DNA of 61,630 nucleotides, filler included. It is 6 parts of 6 records of this genome, joined end to end, with 100 filler letters (N's around TTAATTAATTAA, not from the genome) between each part and the next. Parts side by side here need not be neighbours in the genome. Positions count along the whole stretch, not along the records: positions 22,470 to 29,866 come from DRR723986_13831; positions 29,967 to 35,671 come from DRR723986_13832; 4 more parts are not named here. One strand, given 5' to 3'. The notes beneath the pieces were generated by a model. That model was not told the origin of the DNA, ran no database searches, and was given only the letters and a program-made list of their open reading frames with translations. A program made the translations under genes and the position numbers. Below, piece by piece: positions 22,804-32,684 of this stretch; the stretch's first letter is position 1, and each line of letters begins with the position of its first letter.

Positions 22804-23574
22804 TCAGGGGCGGCCGAGGTCTTCGGGTTCTGCGCAAGGATAATCCGTACCGTCGGGCAAGCGGCACAGAGTTGACAGGAATTCCGGCGGCAAGAGTTGG
22901 TATTGGGGTAGGGCGTTGGATTCATCCTGGCGGTCCAGATAGTCGCTGCACGCCGCGATGTAGTAACTTTCACGACGCCAGTCGGACCCGTACCATTGAT
23001 AGAACGCAGCAGCACTGGCCCCGGTTTCATCAGCGCCCCGGTCAATGGCTTGCTGGAAGGCGGCGGGGATATCACCATAAAGCGGCCAGTCCGTCAGGGC
23101 CTGCCATGCCCCGTGCTGCCCGGCATCGGCCAACGTCCATGCGACCAATGTCGTGACGGCCATGGCATCGGCTTCCAGCGCGAAAACGGCCCGGGCATTT
23201 TCGGCCATGGACAGCGTCGAGGCAGGGCAAAAGCCTTCGCCGATCTGTTGGAGATGCCTCAGCTCGTGCAGGAAGATCACCATCTGTTCGTCAAGCGTCA
23301 GCCGGGTGCTGATGACGATGCGATTGCCGTCGACATCGAGAAAACCACGCGCACCAAGGGGGCCGTCATCCAGGCACATTGTGGGGCGTTCTATCGCCAG
23401 CGAGGCGCGATAATACGGAAAGCGATCCAAGGCGGGGGCGGCGGCATTCAGGACCAGCCGCATATCGGGTGGGGCATCGTCGAAAGGATAAGGGCGACAG
23501 GTTTCTTCTGCTGATACAGGTGGCGCTATTGCCAGGCAGATGGTGAAGAGTGTGGCAGGGGTGGTCAGTCGCAT
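22804..23574 (-). CDS. Secreted putative zinc metallopeptidase (DUF6782-like)
   Basis: Signal peptide, HELRH zincin motif, downstream LEADA; several Cys. Confidence 0.7.
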   Translation of the reverse strand: MRLTTPATLFTICLAIAPPVSAEETCRPYPFDDAPPDMRLVLNAAAPALDRFPYYRASLAIERPTMCLDDGPLGARGFLDVDGNRIVISTRLTLDEQMVIFLHELRHLQQIGEGFCPASTLSMAENARAVFALEADAMAVTTLVAWTLADAGQHGAWQALTDWPLYGDIPAAFQQAIDRGADETGASAAAFYQWYGSDWRRESYYIAACSDYLDRQDESNALPQYQLLPPEFLSTLCRLPDGTDYPCAEPEDLGRP

Positions 23575-23712
23575 TTTGAAACTATAGACGCGGTCAGTCA
23601 TGTCTGTCGCGGGAATTTTGAATCGCCCGCGGAAATCAGATTGCTGTTGCGTGGCGAGCAGCCTGCCCGTAGCCTCACATTCAAATCATTGCATTTGAAG
23701 TGGAGAATACCC

Positions 23713-24306
23713 ATGCGCCGCAGCTTTCTTGCCGCCATTCTGATCGGATTGACCTCTGTCACTGCTGCGCTTGCGCAGAACGCTGTGGCCATCACACCGG
23801 ACGTGATGTCGGTCACGGTCGAGACAGCATCCGGTCCACGAGAGATCACTCGCATTCAGGACAATGATCACGTGATCGAGGACGACTGGGGCCGTACATC
23901 GCGCCCCTGCCCGAATTTCTGCGTCCAGCCGATGATCCCGGCGCCCGGCGTGACCCCGATTGGTGAACTGGAACTGCTGGACGCCCTACAGAATCCCGAG
24001 ATCACGGTTGTCGACAGCCGCACACCGGACTGGTTCCAGGCGGGCACCATCCCCGGCGCGGTGAACATGCCCTATACGGAAATGGTGGACCGGTTGGGCG
24101 ATCTGGGCTGCGAGATCGATTTTGACGGCTGGGATTGCACCGAGGCGCGGCCCGTGGCGCTGTTTTGCAACGGGCCATGGTGCGGGCAATCGCCAACCGC
24201 GATTCGCCGGATGATCGAAGCAGGCTACCCGGCGGACCGCATCCACTACTATCGCCCCGGCATGCAGGGCTGGCGGATGCTGGGGCTGACGGTCGCAGGT
24301 GGCTGA
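23713..24306 (+). CDS. Periplasmic rhodanese-like domain protein
   Basis: GGAG RBS, signal peptide ALA-Q, VDSRTPDW, GTIPGAVNMP, FCNGPWCGQS, GMQGW. Confidence 0.85.
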   Translation: MRRSFLAAILIGLTSVTAALAQNAVAITPDVMSVTVETASGPREITRIQDNDHVIEDDWGRTSRPCPNFCVQPMIPAPGVTPIGELELLDALQNPEITVVDSRTPDWFQAGTIPGAVNMPYTEMVDRLGDLGCEIDFDGWDCTEARPVALFCNGPWCGQSPTAIRRMIEAGYPADRIHYYRPGMQGWRMLGLTVAGG

Positions 24307-24398
24307 TCCTGACGAAAATCGTCGGGTAGTGCATTGTCTGGCGCTGGTTTGCCCCTATCTGAAAGGGAACATCAACCCGCCGGAGGAGACCCGCGCCC

Positions 24399-24662
24399 AT
24401 GCAATGCCCGATTGACGGAACTGCCCTTGTGATCACCGAACGCAGCGGGGTCGAGATCGACTATTGCCCCACCTGTCGGGGCGTCTGGCTGGACCGAGGT
24501 GAGCTGGACAAGATCATTGAGCGCAGCGCATTGGTCGACAATCGTGAAGGGCATTGGCGCGAAGCCCCGGCGCGCGGCGGTCGCAGCGATAGCGACAGCG
24601 GTGACCGGCGCAAGAAGAAGGACGGCATCGGGTCGTTCCTGGGCGATATCTTCGATTTCTGA
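24399..24662 (+). CDS. zf-TFIIB-type zinc-ribbon protein
   Basis: CPID...VEIDYCPTCRGVWLDRGELDKII...FLGDIFDF; GGAGGAG RBS. Confidence 0.9.
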   Translation: MQCPIDGTALVITERSGVEIDYCPTCRGVWLDRGELDKIIERSALVDNREGHWREAPARGGRSDSDSGDRRKKKDGIGSFLGDIFDF

Positions 24663-24668
24663 TGAAAC

Positions 24669-24695
24669 GGGCGGCAGACAGCCGCCCTTTTCTTT
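24669..24695 (+). terminator. Rho-independent terminator
   Basis: GGGCGGC-AGACA-GCCGCCC-TTTTCTTT. Confidence 0.75.
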
Positions 24696-24729
24696 GCCAC
24701 ACTCCCGCCAGAACCGAACGGGAGGTGAC

Positions 24730-25545
24730 ATGACCGATCTGCCCATCGTCGGCGCGCAACTCAGCGTGCTGGACCTCGACAAACACCGCGACTGGCTGTT
24801 TGAAAAGAACCGCGATCTGGAACTGCCAGAGTTTTGTCTGGCCGATATTCTGGCCAATGCCGGGCCCTTTATCGACATGGCCAAGGCCAAGCTGGACGGC
24901 TGGACCGGACGGCTTGGCATTCACGGGCCCTTCGGCGGGTTCGAGCTGGACGTGAAAGACCGCGATCTCCGTGCCGTGGTGCAGAAACGGCTGGATCAGG
25001 CGCTGGATGTCTGCGCCGCCCTGAACGCGCGGCAGATGGTCATTCATTCCCCCTATGACGGCTGGGATTCCTGCAATCTCGACAATGGCCCGAAGGATCG
25101 GGAACGCCGGGTTTCCGCCGTGCTGGACACGCTGAAGCCCGCCATTGCACGGGCCGAGGATCTGGGTGTGGAAATGGTGATGGAGAACATCAAGGATATC
25201 GACCCGCGCGACCGGGCCGCGGTGATCGCTGCTGCGGACACGCCCGCCCTGCGCCTGTCGGTCGACACCGGCCACGCCCATTGGGCGCATTGGGTCTGCG
25301 GCGCACCGCCTGCGGATCGCTACATTGCGGCGGCGGGCGAAAGCCTCGGCCATGTGCATTTGCAGGATACCGATGGCTATGCGGACCGCCACTGGCCGCT
25401 CGGGCGCGGCAATATCGTTTGGGAGGCGGTGTTTCAGGCGCTAGGCAACATCAAATCTGCCCCGCATCTGATCGTTGAGATAAACGATTTCGACCGGGTC
25501 GAGGAAAGCGTTGCCCATCTGGAGACATTGGGCCTGGCGCAATAG
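24730..25545 (+). CDS. Sugar phosphate isomerase/epimerase family TIM-barrel protein
   Basis: GGAGGTGAC-ATG; IHGPF, MENI, DTGHAH, HVHLQDTDGYADRHW, IVE metal-binding motifs. Confidence 0.85.
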   Translation: MTDLPIVGAQLSVLDLDKHRDWLFEKNRDLELPEFCLADILANAGPFIDMAKAKLDGWTGRLGIHGPFGGFELDVKDRDLRAVVQKRLDQALDVCAALNARQMVIHSPYDGWDSCNLDNGPKDRERRVSAVLDTLKPAIARAEDLGVEMVMENIKDIDPRDRAAVIAAADTPALRLSVDTGHAHWAHWVCGAPPADRYIAAAGESLGHVHLQDTDGYADRHWPLGRGNIVWEAVFQALGNIKSAPHLIVEINDFDRVEESVAHLETLGLAQ

Positions 25546-25556
25546 GCAGGCTTGGC

Positions 25557-25580
25557 CCGCGCCCCCTTATCGGGGCGTGG
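25557..25580. terminator. GC-rich hairpin between convergent genes
   Basis: CCGCGCCCC-CTTATC-GGGGCGTGG. Confidence 0.45.
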
Positions 25581-25590
25581 ACCTTTGGGG

Positions 25591-25977
25591 TTATTCAAAG
25601 CTTACCAGCATAATATCAATATCGGCAGGATCGGCTGCGGGGCACATCTGGCGGCCATTATTGGTGATCGCGACGGTTTCAGATCGGCCACCCGACAGCA
25701 TCGCCGTGGCCTCGGTCGCGGTTTCATTGCCACGCAGGGTCACGCAGACGCGGGCCGCGTTGCCATCCAGAATGACGGCCCAAGTGGAGCGGTCCGCGCC
25801 CACCCGCGCCAGGCGCCGGTTATCAGTGCTGATCGTGCCGCCGCTCGCGTTGAGCTGGGTGATCGCAATTTGCAGGCTGCGCGGATGGTTCGGATTTGAA
25901 AATGTGGCAATGAACTGATCTGCAAACGCCGCAGGGGCCGACAGCATCAGGGCGAGAGCGGCAAGTTTGATACGCAT
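25591..25977 (-). CDS. Hypothetical secreted protein
   Basis: GAGG RBS; signal peptide MRIKLAALALMLSAPAAFA; two Cys. Confidence 0.7.
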   Translation of the reverse strand: MRIKLAALALMLSAPAAFADQFIATFSNPNHPRSLQIAITQLNASGGTISTDNRRLARVGADRSTWAVILDGNAARVCVTLRGNETATEATAMLSGGRSETVAITNNGRQMCPAADPADIDIMLVSFE

Positions 25978-26098
25978 GAAAACCTCGTCTGAATAGAAAG
26001 TTCCGGGCCTGGCGCAAGGGCAAGGCCCGATGAAAGCAACCCGCATGGGGCCGAGTCGTGACCTTGATACTAGCGCAATCTCCTCATGGTTTTGACCG

Positions 26099-26362
26099 TC
26101 AATTCATATAAACCGACAGACCAGCCAGCCCGGCCAGCGGTGTCAGGGCCATGGCCATGCCCAGATGCTGCCGGTTGTGCGAATGGGCAAGCACCAGTGC
26201 GGGGACCAGCAGCGCCGCAAGCCCCAGCCCAGCCACAAGCGCCATCCAAAGCGGCAGTGGCTGGCCAGCCATCGCGATGGCGAACCGATGCGACAGAAGA
26301 ACCGCCACCGCCAGCAGACCGGCTTGCAATCCGGCAAGCACATAGATGACCCGGCGCATCAT
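26099..26362 (-). CDS. Small hypothetical membrane protein
   Basis: Three hydrophobic segments; start uncertain. Confidence 0.55.
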   Translation of the reverse strand: MMRRVIYVLAGLQAGLLAVAVLLSHRFAIAMAGQPLPLWMALVAGLGLAALLVPALVLAHSHNRQHLGMAMALTPLAGLAGLSVYMN

Positions 26363-26421
26363 CTGACTGTAGCAGGGCAGGGGGGCGACAGGGGCGAAAA
26401 TGTTGGCGTGCATGGCTTGGC

Positions 26422-26691
26422 TCAATCCGTCAGGGGGCAGAGAATGATTTCGCGGGTGTCACAGCTGGAATCGAGGCAGGTGATGCTGTCGATGATCAGC
26501 GGATCGGCGGGATACTGCCCGGCGTTGAAGACAACGCTGTGACAGGCAGGGGTGTTTTGGGCGAGTGCTGCGGGAAGGCCGAAGCCCAGAGGCGCGGCGA
26601 GGTCCAGAATCGGGCCGGCGGTATGGGCAATGGCAGGGCCGGTCAGACCCAGATTGAGGGCGGTGCAGAGAATACTGACGATCCGGCGCAT
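26422..26691 (-). CDS. Small hypothetical secreted Cys-containing protein
   Basis: AGGA RBS; signal peptide MRRIVSIL...AIA; four Cys in the mature part. Confidence 0.55.
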   Translation of the reverse strand: MRRIVSILCTALNLGLTGPAIAHTAGPILDLAAPLGFGLPAALAQNTPACHSVVFNAGQYPADPLIIDSITCLDSSCDTREIILCPLTD

Positions 26692-26754
26692 GGTTGGCTT
26701 CCTTTGGTTCCTGACCATGGGTCGCCCGGGGCCGCGCGTCGGTTCAAAGATTGC

Positions 26755-27183
26755 TCAGGCAGAGGGGCTGGTGGCGCAGGCGCGGAAGGCCTCGACCTCG
26801 GGCGCCGCGCCGGTCAGATCGACGGCGGCACTGGCCTCGCCCGCGAAGGCGGTCGCGGTCTGGTTGGACGCCAGCCCGTCCAGCACGTTGGAAAAGCCCC
26901 GGTCGCTGACCGTCAGGCTGTGGCCGGTGGCGTTTAGTTCGTGCCGGGATGTGGTGATGGTGTTGGGCTGGGAGCCATCGAAACGGATGGCGAAGAACGG
27001 CGCATCGGGCCAGGGGTCGGGTGTGGTCACGGTGATGGTATAGAGCGGCCCGACCGGATCGTAGGTCAGGAGGATATCAGCCGCGGCGTCGGAATGGGAG
27101 AGCGTGCAGAGGCGCCCCTCATACCCCGCTTGCCACGCATGGGCGGGGGAGGTGAGGAGGGCGAGGAGGACAAGCGTGCGCAT
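26755..27183 (-). CDS. Conserved-looking secreted hypothetical protein
   Basis: Signal peptide MRTLVLLALLTSPAHA-W; motifs CTLSH, LTVSDRGFSNVLDGL, VEAFRAC. Confidence 0.7.
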   Translation of the reverse strand: MRTLVLLALLTSPAHAWQAGYEGRLCTLSHSDAAADILLTYDPVGPLYTITVTTPDPWPDAPFFAIRFDGSQPNTITTSRHELNATGHSLTVSDRGFSNVLDGLASNQTATAFAGEASAAVDLTGAAPEVEAFRACATSPSA

Positions 27184-27225
27184 ACCTGGAAGGTAGCAGG
27201 GTTTGGGGATGGGGCAAGCGGGGGC

Positions 27226-27248
27226 GTAGGGTGGGCAGTTTGCCCACC
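27226..27248 (+). repeat. GTAG-family REP upstream of RAYT
   Basis: GTAG-GGTGGGC-AGTTT-GCCCACC. Confidence 0.85.
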
Positions 27249-27293
27249 ATCCCTCTTAACCAAAAGGTAACGACGATCGTGTTTTCATCGGGC

Positions 27294-27875
27294 ATGTCCA
27301 ATTATCGCCGAACCCATTCCCCCGGTGGCAGCTTCTTTTTCACCGTCGCGCTCAGTGATCAAGGCTCCAACCTTTTGACAGACCGGATCGCCGATCTGCG
27401 ACGCGCCTACCGGGCGACCATCCGCCATGCACCGATCCGCTGCGATGCCATGGTCGTTCTGCCTGATCACCTTCACGCGGTCTGGACCCTGCCGGACGGG
27501 GACAGCGCCTATTCCGAGCGTTGGCGCAAGATCAAACACCGTTTCACCCGGATGGTGGTGACAGAGGTGGGCAGAACTGCCCACCCTACGCTTTCCCCAA
27601 GCAAGCGGGCCAAGCGGGAGCAGGGAATCTGGCAGCGCCGCTTCTGGGAACATACGATCCGGGACGACGCCGATTTCCGGGCGCATGTCGAATATTGCCT
27701 GGGGAACCCGGTGAAACATGGCTTGGTCGAGAGGCCGGCGGACTGGCCGTTTTCGTCCATCCACCGGGATATCAAGGCAGGGCGCGTTGATCCTGATTGG
27801 ATCGGTGCGGAGATGGTTGGAGCGTTTGGAGAGGGCCGAGCCTACGAGAGCGGTTCAGAGGACTGGATGATCTAG
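27294..27875 (+). mobile_element. REP-associated tyrosine transposase (RAYT, Y1/HUH)
   Basis: MSNYRR...GGSFFFTV, HUH motif PDHLH, WQRRFWEHTIRD, YCLGNPVKHGLV, WPFSS. Confidence 0.92.
27566..27589 (-). repeat. GTAG-family REP inside the RAYT coding sequence
   Basis: Reverse complement reads GTAG-GGTGGGCAG-TT-CTGCCCACC; near identical to 27226-27248. Confidence 0.85.
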
Positions 27876-28031
27876 ATCAAATCATTTCAATCTGCAATTG
27901 TTATTATGGTCACGTATTCGGGTGGACTGGGTCATCGCTTTCGCGGTCCGCTTGGTCCTTAGAGATAGGAAAGGGCGGTCTTTCCGAGAATGTCCTTCGC
28001 CTTTGCATCTGAATGATCATGGGAGGTTGGA

Positions 28032-28832
28032 ATGTCAGTCAGTATGATGTGGAGCACGTTGAGCGAGTCTTTGCGGAGTGCGGCTTTTCTGGCCATCTTT
28101 GGGATTTGCGGATGTGGGCTAATGGCTGGTGTTGCAGAGGCCCAACTCTATAATCCTTGTCCATACGTGAATGATGGCGATTGTGACGAGCCAAATGGTT
28201 TGGGCTATTGCGCATGGGGCACAGACACCGCTGATTGTTCAAACCCCAACTCGAACTTCGGGGCCGGAAGTGGCAGCGCGGGGGGCGGTGGCACGGCGGG
28301 CATATCCGGCGGTGGCGGCGGATTGTACAATCCTTGCCCCTATTTGAATGACGGCGATTGCGACGAACCAAATGGCCTCGGCTATTGTGCCTGGGGTACG
28401 GATACAGCCGATTGCGCGAACCCGAATTCCAACTTCGGAGGCGGGAGCGGATATAACCCCGGCAGCGGTGGCAGGCCGGTGCAAGGTGGGGTTGTTCAAG
28501 GTGGGGTGGTGCAGGAGATAGATACATCGACGAATTTCTTCGGGGAATTGTGCACTCCCGGTATGAGGCCGTTTGCGGTGGAACGCGGAAGGCAGGCAGC
28601 CTTGTTCAGGATTATTGATTTGAGCCAAATATCTCAGCAAGCCTGTCCGAACGGCGGGGCCGCGATATCTGTCTACTCTGGTAATCCGAGGCGGCAGATC
28701 GCGAGTTTCGATCTGTACGATGGGGGTGTTGCGAATCGGCTATATGCACTTGAGTTGCCAGCCGGCGATTACATGTTGCACTTTACCTATCCTACACCGG
28801 CCAGATTGCGATTGCAGTTCACGACCCAATAA
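28032..28832 (+). CDS. Secreted protein with two 39-aa Cys-rich repeats
   Basis: GGAGG RBS; signal peptide AEA-Q; LYNPCPY(V/L)NDGDCDEPNGLGYCAWGTDTADC(S/A)NPNSNFG at 28146-28262 and 28323-28439, joined by a Gly-rich linker. Confidence 0.75.
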   Translation: MSVSMMWSTLSESLRSAAFLAIFGICGCGLMAGVAEAQLYNPCPYVNDGDCDEPNGLGYCAWGTDTADCSNPNSNFGAGSGSAGGGGTAGISGGGGGLYNPCPYLNDGDCDEPNGLGYCAWGTDTADCANPNSNFGGGSGYNPGSGGRPVQGGVVQGGVVQEIDTSTNFFGELCTPGMRPFAVERGRQAALFRIIDLSQISQQACPNGGAAISVYSGNPRRQIASFDLYDGGVANRLYALELPAGDYMLHFTYPTPARLRLQFTTQ

Positions 28833-28926
28833 CCATATCACTGCTCGGAGCAGGGCTAAGACACGTCAACACAACGTGGGTTCGACATTCACACTTGTTG
28901 CTGTGGGTAAGCGCGGTGATTCCTAT

Positions 28927-29865
<939 letters not shown>

Positions 29866-29866
29866 G

Positions 29867-29966
29867 NNNNNNNNNNNNNNNNNNNNNNNNNNNNNNNNNN
29901 NNNNNNNNNNTTAATTAATTAANNNNNNNNNNNNNNNNNNNNNNNNNNNNNNNNNNNNNNNNNNNN
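29867..29966. other. Artificial contig spacer
   Basis: N44-TTAATTAATTAA-N44. Confidence 0.98.
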
Positions 29967-29967
29967 C

Positions 29968-30258
29968 ATCGGCATCGCGCCGTCGGCCAATATCAACCCC
30001 GAGGGAAAATTCCCGTCGATGTTCGAACCGGTTCATGGATCCGCCCCCGACATCGCAGGCAAGGGCGTCGCCAATCCCGTTGCCGCCGTCTGGACAGCCG
30101 CCATGATGCTGGAGCATCTGGGAGAGGTTGAAGCCGCCGCCGAGATTGAACGCGCCATTGAGAATTCGCTGGAAAAACCAGAAACCAAAACACGCGATCT
30201 GGGTGGCACCGCCGATACCGCCGGATCAGAAACCGCCATTCTAAACGCTCTGAAATGA
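29968..30258 (+). CDS. Tartrate/D-malate dehydrogenase-like enzyme (isocitrate/isopropylmalate DH family), 5'-truncated
   Basis: IGIAPSANINPEGKFPSMFEPVHGSAPDIAGKGVANP, TRDLGG. Confidence 0.85.
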   Translation: MGIAPSANINPEGKFPSMFEPVHGSAPDIAGKGVANPVAAVWTAAMMLEHLGEVEAAAEIERAIENSLEKPETKTRDLGGTADTAGSETAILNALK

Positions 30259-30297
30259 ACACCCCGAATTAAACGTTGTGAACGTGAGGACATTGAA

Positions 30298-30636
30298 ATG
30301 AACAAAGACCAAATCGTCTATGACGACTTTGCCAAGATCGAAATGCGTTTGGGCAAGATTGTTGAGGTCAAGGATTTCCCCCGTGCCCGCAATCCATCTT
30401 ACAAGGTCTTTGTAGACTTTGGCGTGTTGGGCCAACGCTGGTCCAGCGCCCAGATCAAGAACTATTCCGAAGAAGAGCTGATGGGGCGCAATGTGGTCTG
30501 CGTCGTAAATATGCCACCGCGCAACATTGCCGGGTTCAAATCTGAAATCCTGATCATGGGCGTGCCCAATGACGCAGGCGATACCATTCTTCTGCAACCT
30601 TCTGACGATGCCGTTCTCGGCAGCGAAGTCTTCTGA
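30298..30636 (+). CDS. csaA: tRNA-binding/export chaperone CsaA-like protein
   Basis: DFAKIEMRLG, FPRARNPSYK, SSAQI, VVNMPPRNIAGFKSE. Confidence 0.85.
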   Translation: MNKDQIVYDDFAKIEMRLGKIVEVKDFPRARNPSYKVFVDFGVLGQRWSSAQIKNYSEEELMGRNVVCVVNMPPRNIAGFKSEILIMGVPNDAGDTILLQPSDDAVLGSEVF

Positions 30637-31571
30637 TGTCTGCCATTTTCTCGGCCCGCCATACTGGTCTGGGCGCGCTTGCGATCCTGTCCTGGGGCAC
30701 GTTGGGCGCACTGGGGGCGCTGTCGGCGTCCCTGCCACCGCATCTGGTGCTGACGGTTTGCTTTTCCATCGCGGCTGCAATGGGCAGCGTCATTTGCGTG
30801 GCCACCGGTCGCAGGCCGGCACGCCTGCTGGACCGGCGCGTCGGCCTATTTGCCGGGCTTTTAGCGGCCTATCACCTGGCCTATCTCCAGGCGTTTCATC
30901 ATGCCGCTCCTATTCCAGTCTCGCTGATCAACTATCTCTGGCCTGCCTGCCTGATCATTCTGGGAAACCTGTTTTTTCGCCTGCACAGTGGCGCTGCTGG
31001 ATACATGGGGGCGGCCCTTGGCTTTGCGGGGGTGCTGGTCCTGATCGGAAAAGACGGCTTTGCTTTAGAGGCATCTGATGCCCTGGGCTATGGGCTTGCC
31101 TTTCTCGGCGCAATTCTCTGGGCGTTGTTCTCAAATCTTCGACGTCACGATCCGTCAGATCCCATTCCCGCGATGACGACAATATGTTTTGGCGCGTCCC
31201 TGATGTGCGGGATCTGGTGGATGGCAACAGGGGCGAGTCTTCCTGATCTTCATGCGATGGATGTCGGGGTGATGCTCGCGCTGGGTTTGGGCCCAGCAGG
31301 GGGTGCTTTTTTTCTGTGGGATCTGGGAATGCGCCACGGTCACGCAGCCTTGTTGGGAGTGCTGGGGTACTCCGCTCCGGTCTTTTCGACACTCTTGATG
31401 CTGTCGCTGGGTATGGGAAAACCCGGTTGGGAAATCTTCGTGGCCATCGGGCTGATTACCTTGGGCGGCATCGTGGTACATGCCGGTCCGAAACGTGCCT
31501 CACCCGTTGGCACCAATTTGGGCAAAGGACAAAAGGCTCAGGGAACCGTGACCGCCCCTCCCCCCAGCTGA
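30636..31571 (+). CDS. EamA/DMT family transporter
   Basis: About ten TM segments, SLINYLWP, AFFLWDLGMRHG; translationally coupled to csaA (TGATG). Confidence 0.88.
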   Translation: MSAIFSARHTGLGALAILSWGTLGALGALSASLPPHLVLTVCFSIAAAMGSVICVATGRRPARLLDRRVGLFAGLLAAYHLAYLQAFHHAAPIPVSLINYLWPACLIILGNLFFRLHSGAAGYMGAALGFAGVLVLIGKDGFALEASDALGYGLAFLGAILWALFSNLRRHDPSDPIPAMTTICFGASLMCGIWWMATGASLPDLHAMDVGVMLALGLGPAGGAFFLWDLGMRHGHAALLGVLGYSAPVFSTLLMLSLGMGKPGWEIFVAIGLITLGGIVVHAGPKRASPVGTNLGKGQKAQGTVTAPPPS

Positions 31572-31729
31572 TGAGACAACTCTTGACCGCCACGCTGGGC
31601 ACATAAATTTTGCGTTTGCGAAATATGAACGCGTCACACAATTCGCAAAGCACATCGAGCGATCATCCCCTCACATTTGAACTGGCCATTTAGGTGGGGC
31701 TGATCAGCCGGATAATGCTGAAATATTTT

Positions 31730-32206
31730 TTAAGCTACGGGAGCAAGATCCAAGCGCATGAACGCGCTGTTGCGATCCTCTTCGTAACCATAGATGGGCG
31801 CGCAATAGCTATAGCCCAAATTTTCGTACAATTTACGCGCTGAATCGTACGCTGGCAGCAAATCAGACCCAGTTTCCAGCACCAAGGCATTGACCCCTTC
31901 GGCCTGTGCCGTTTCCGCCAGAAACGCCATCATTTGCCGCGCCAGCCCGCGTCCACGCGCGGATTCGACGATATGCACGGATTTCACTTCGGCAGAGCCA
32001 TCAGGAAGCTGCTTTAGCGCGCCACACCCAAGCGGGGTTTCGGCGTCAAATAAAGCCCAGAACCGAATACCATCACCACGCAACCCATCGACGCCCATTG
32101 TATGGTTGCTGTCGTCGGGTCCGGCGCTCTGACTGTGTGTCAGGTGATCTTCGACGACAGGGCGCAGGTTTTCTGCTCCGGGATCGGCCTGCCGTATCTC
32201 AAACAT
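31730..32206 (-). CDS. GNAT N-acetyltransferase (YsnE-like)
   Basis: GCGALK, AEVKSVH, ARGRGLA, LETG, ARKLYENLGY. Confidence 0.88.
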   Translation of the reverse strand: MFEIRQADPGAENLRPVVEDHLTHSQSAGPDDSNHTMGVDGLRGDGIRFWALFDAETPLGCGALKQLPDGSAEVKSVHIVESARGRGLARQMMAFLAETAQAEGVNALVLETGSDLLPAYDSARKLYENLGYSYCAPIYGYEEDRNSAFMRLDLAPVA

Positions 32207-32208
32207 GT

Positions 32209-32520
32209 TCAGTGGGTCCAAGGGGCGCGACGGTTGGTGGCAAAGTTTTCGCCATATCCACCTGCCCGCAAGTTCGGTTTGCGCATCTTAGGTTCGAACA
32301 CCTGCGCATCAATGCCATGGGCTTCGGCGTAGTCGATCGCCTCTTTCTTGCTGTCGAACTTGAGCCGTACTTGAGATTGCGTGTCCGAAGAAGACGTCCA
32401 CCCCATCAACGGATCCACTTCGCGCGACGAAGCTGGTGCATATTCCAGCACCCATTTGTGGGTCTTGGCCAGTCCCGATGTCATCGCATTTCTGGCAGGC
32501 TTGAAAATCCGCGCAGGCAT
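32209..32520 (-). CDS. ETC complex I subunit (NDUFS4-like)
   Basis: [45 protein letters not shown]. Confidence 0.92.
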   Translation of the reverse strand: MPARIFKPARNAMTSGLAKTHKWVLEYAPASSREVDPLMGWTSSSDTQSQVRLKFDSKKEAIDYAEAHGIDAQVFEPKMRKPNLRAGGYGENFATNRRAPWTH

Positions 32521-32640
32521 CGCAGTCTCCTCGTATCTCGCTGTCGTCATGTATGCGCGAGTCCCTCGTGCTGAGCAAGGCACCTTTTGTCTCATGTTTA
32601 TTGGTGTTTGCGCGGTTCTGGTCGAATGCCCCTTGAACAA

Positions 32641-32655
32641 GAACAAAAACAGACC
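32641..32655 (+). promoter_or_regulatory. Putative alphaproteobacterial LexA (SOS) box
   Basis: GAAC-AAAAACA-GACC, one mismatch to GAAC-N7-GAAC, 30 nt upstream of uvrB. Confidence 0.55.
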
Positions 32656-32684
32656 AAAATCCAGCCACGAAAGGAATCTCCTCC

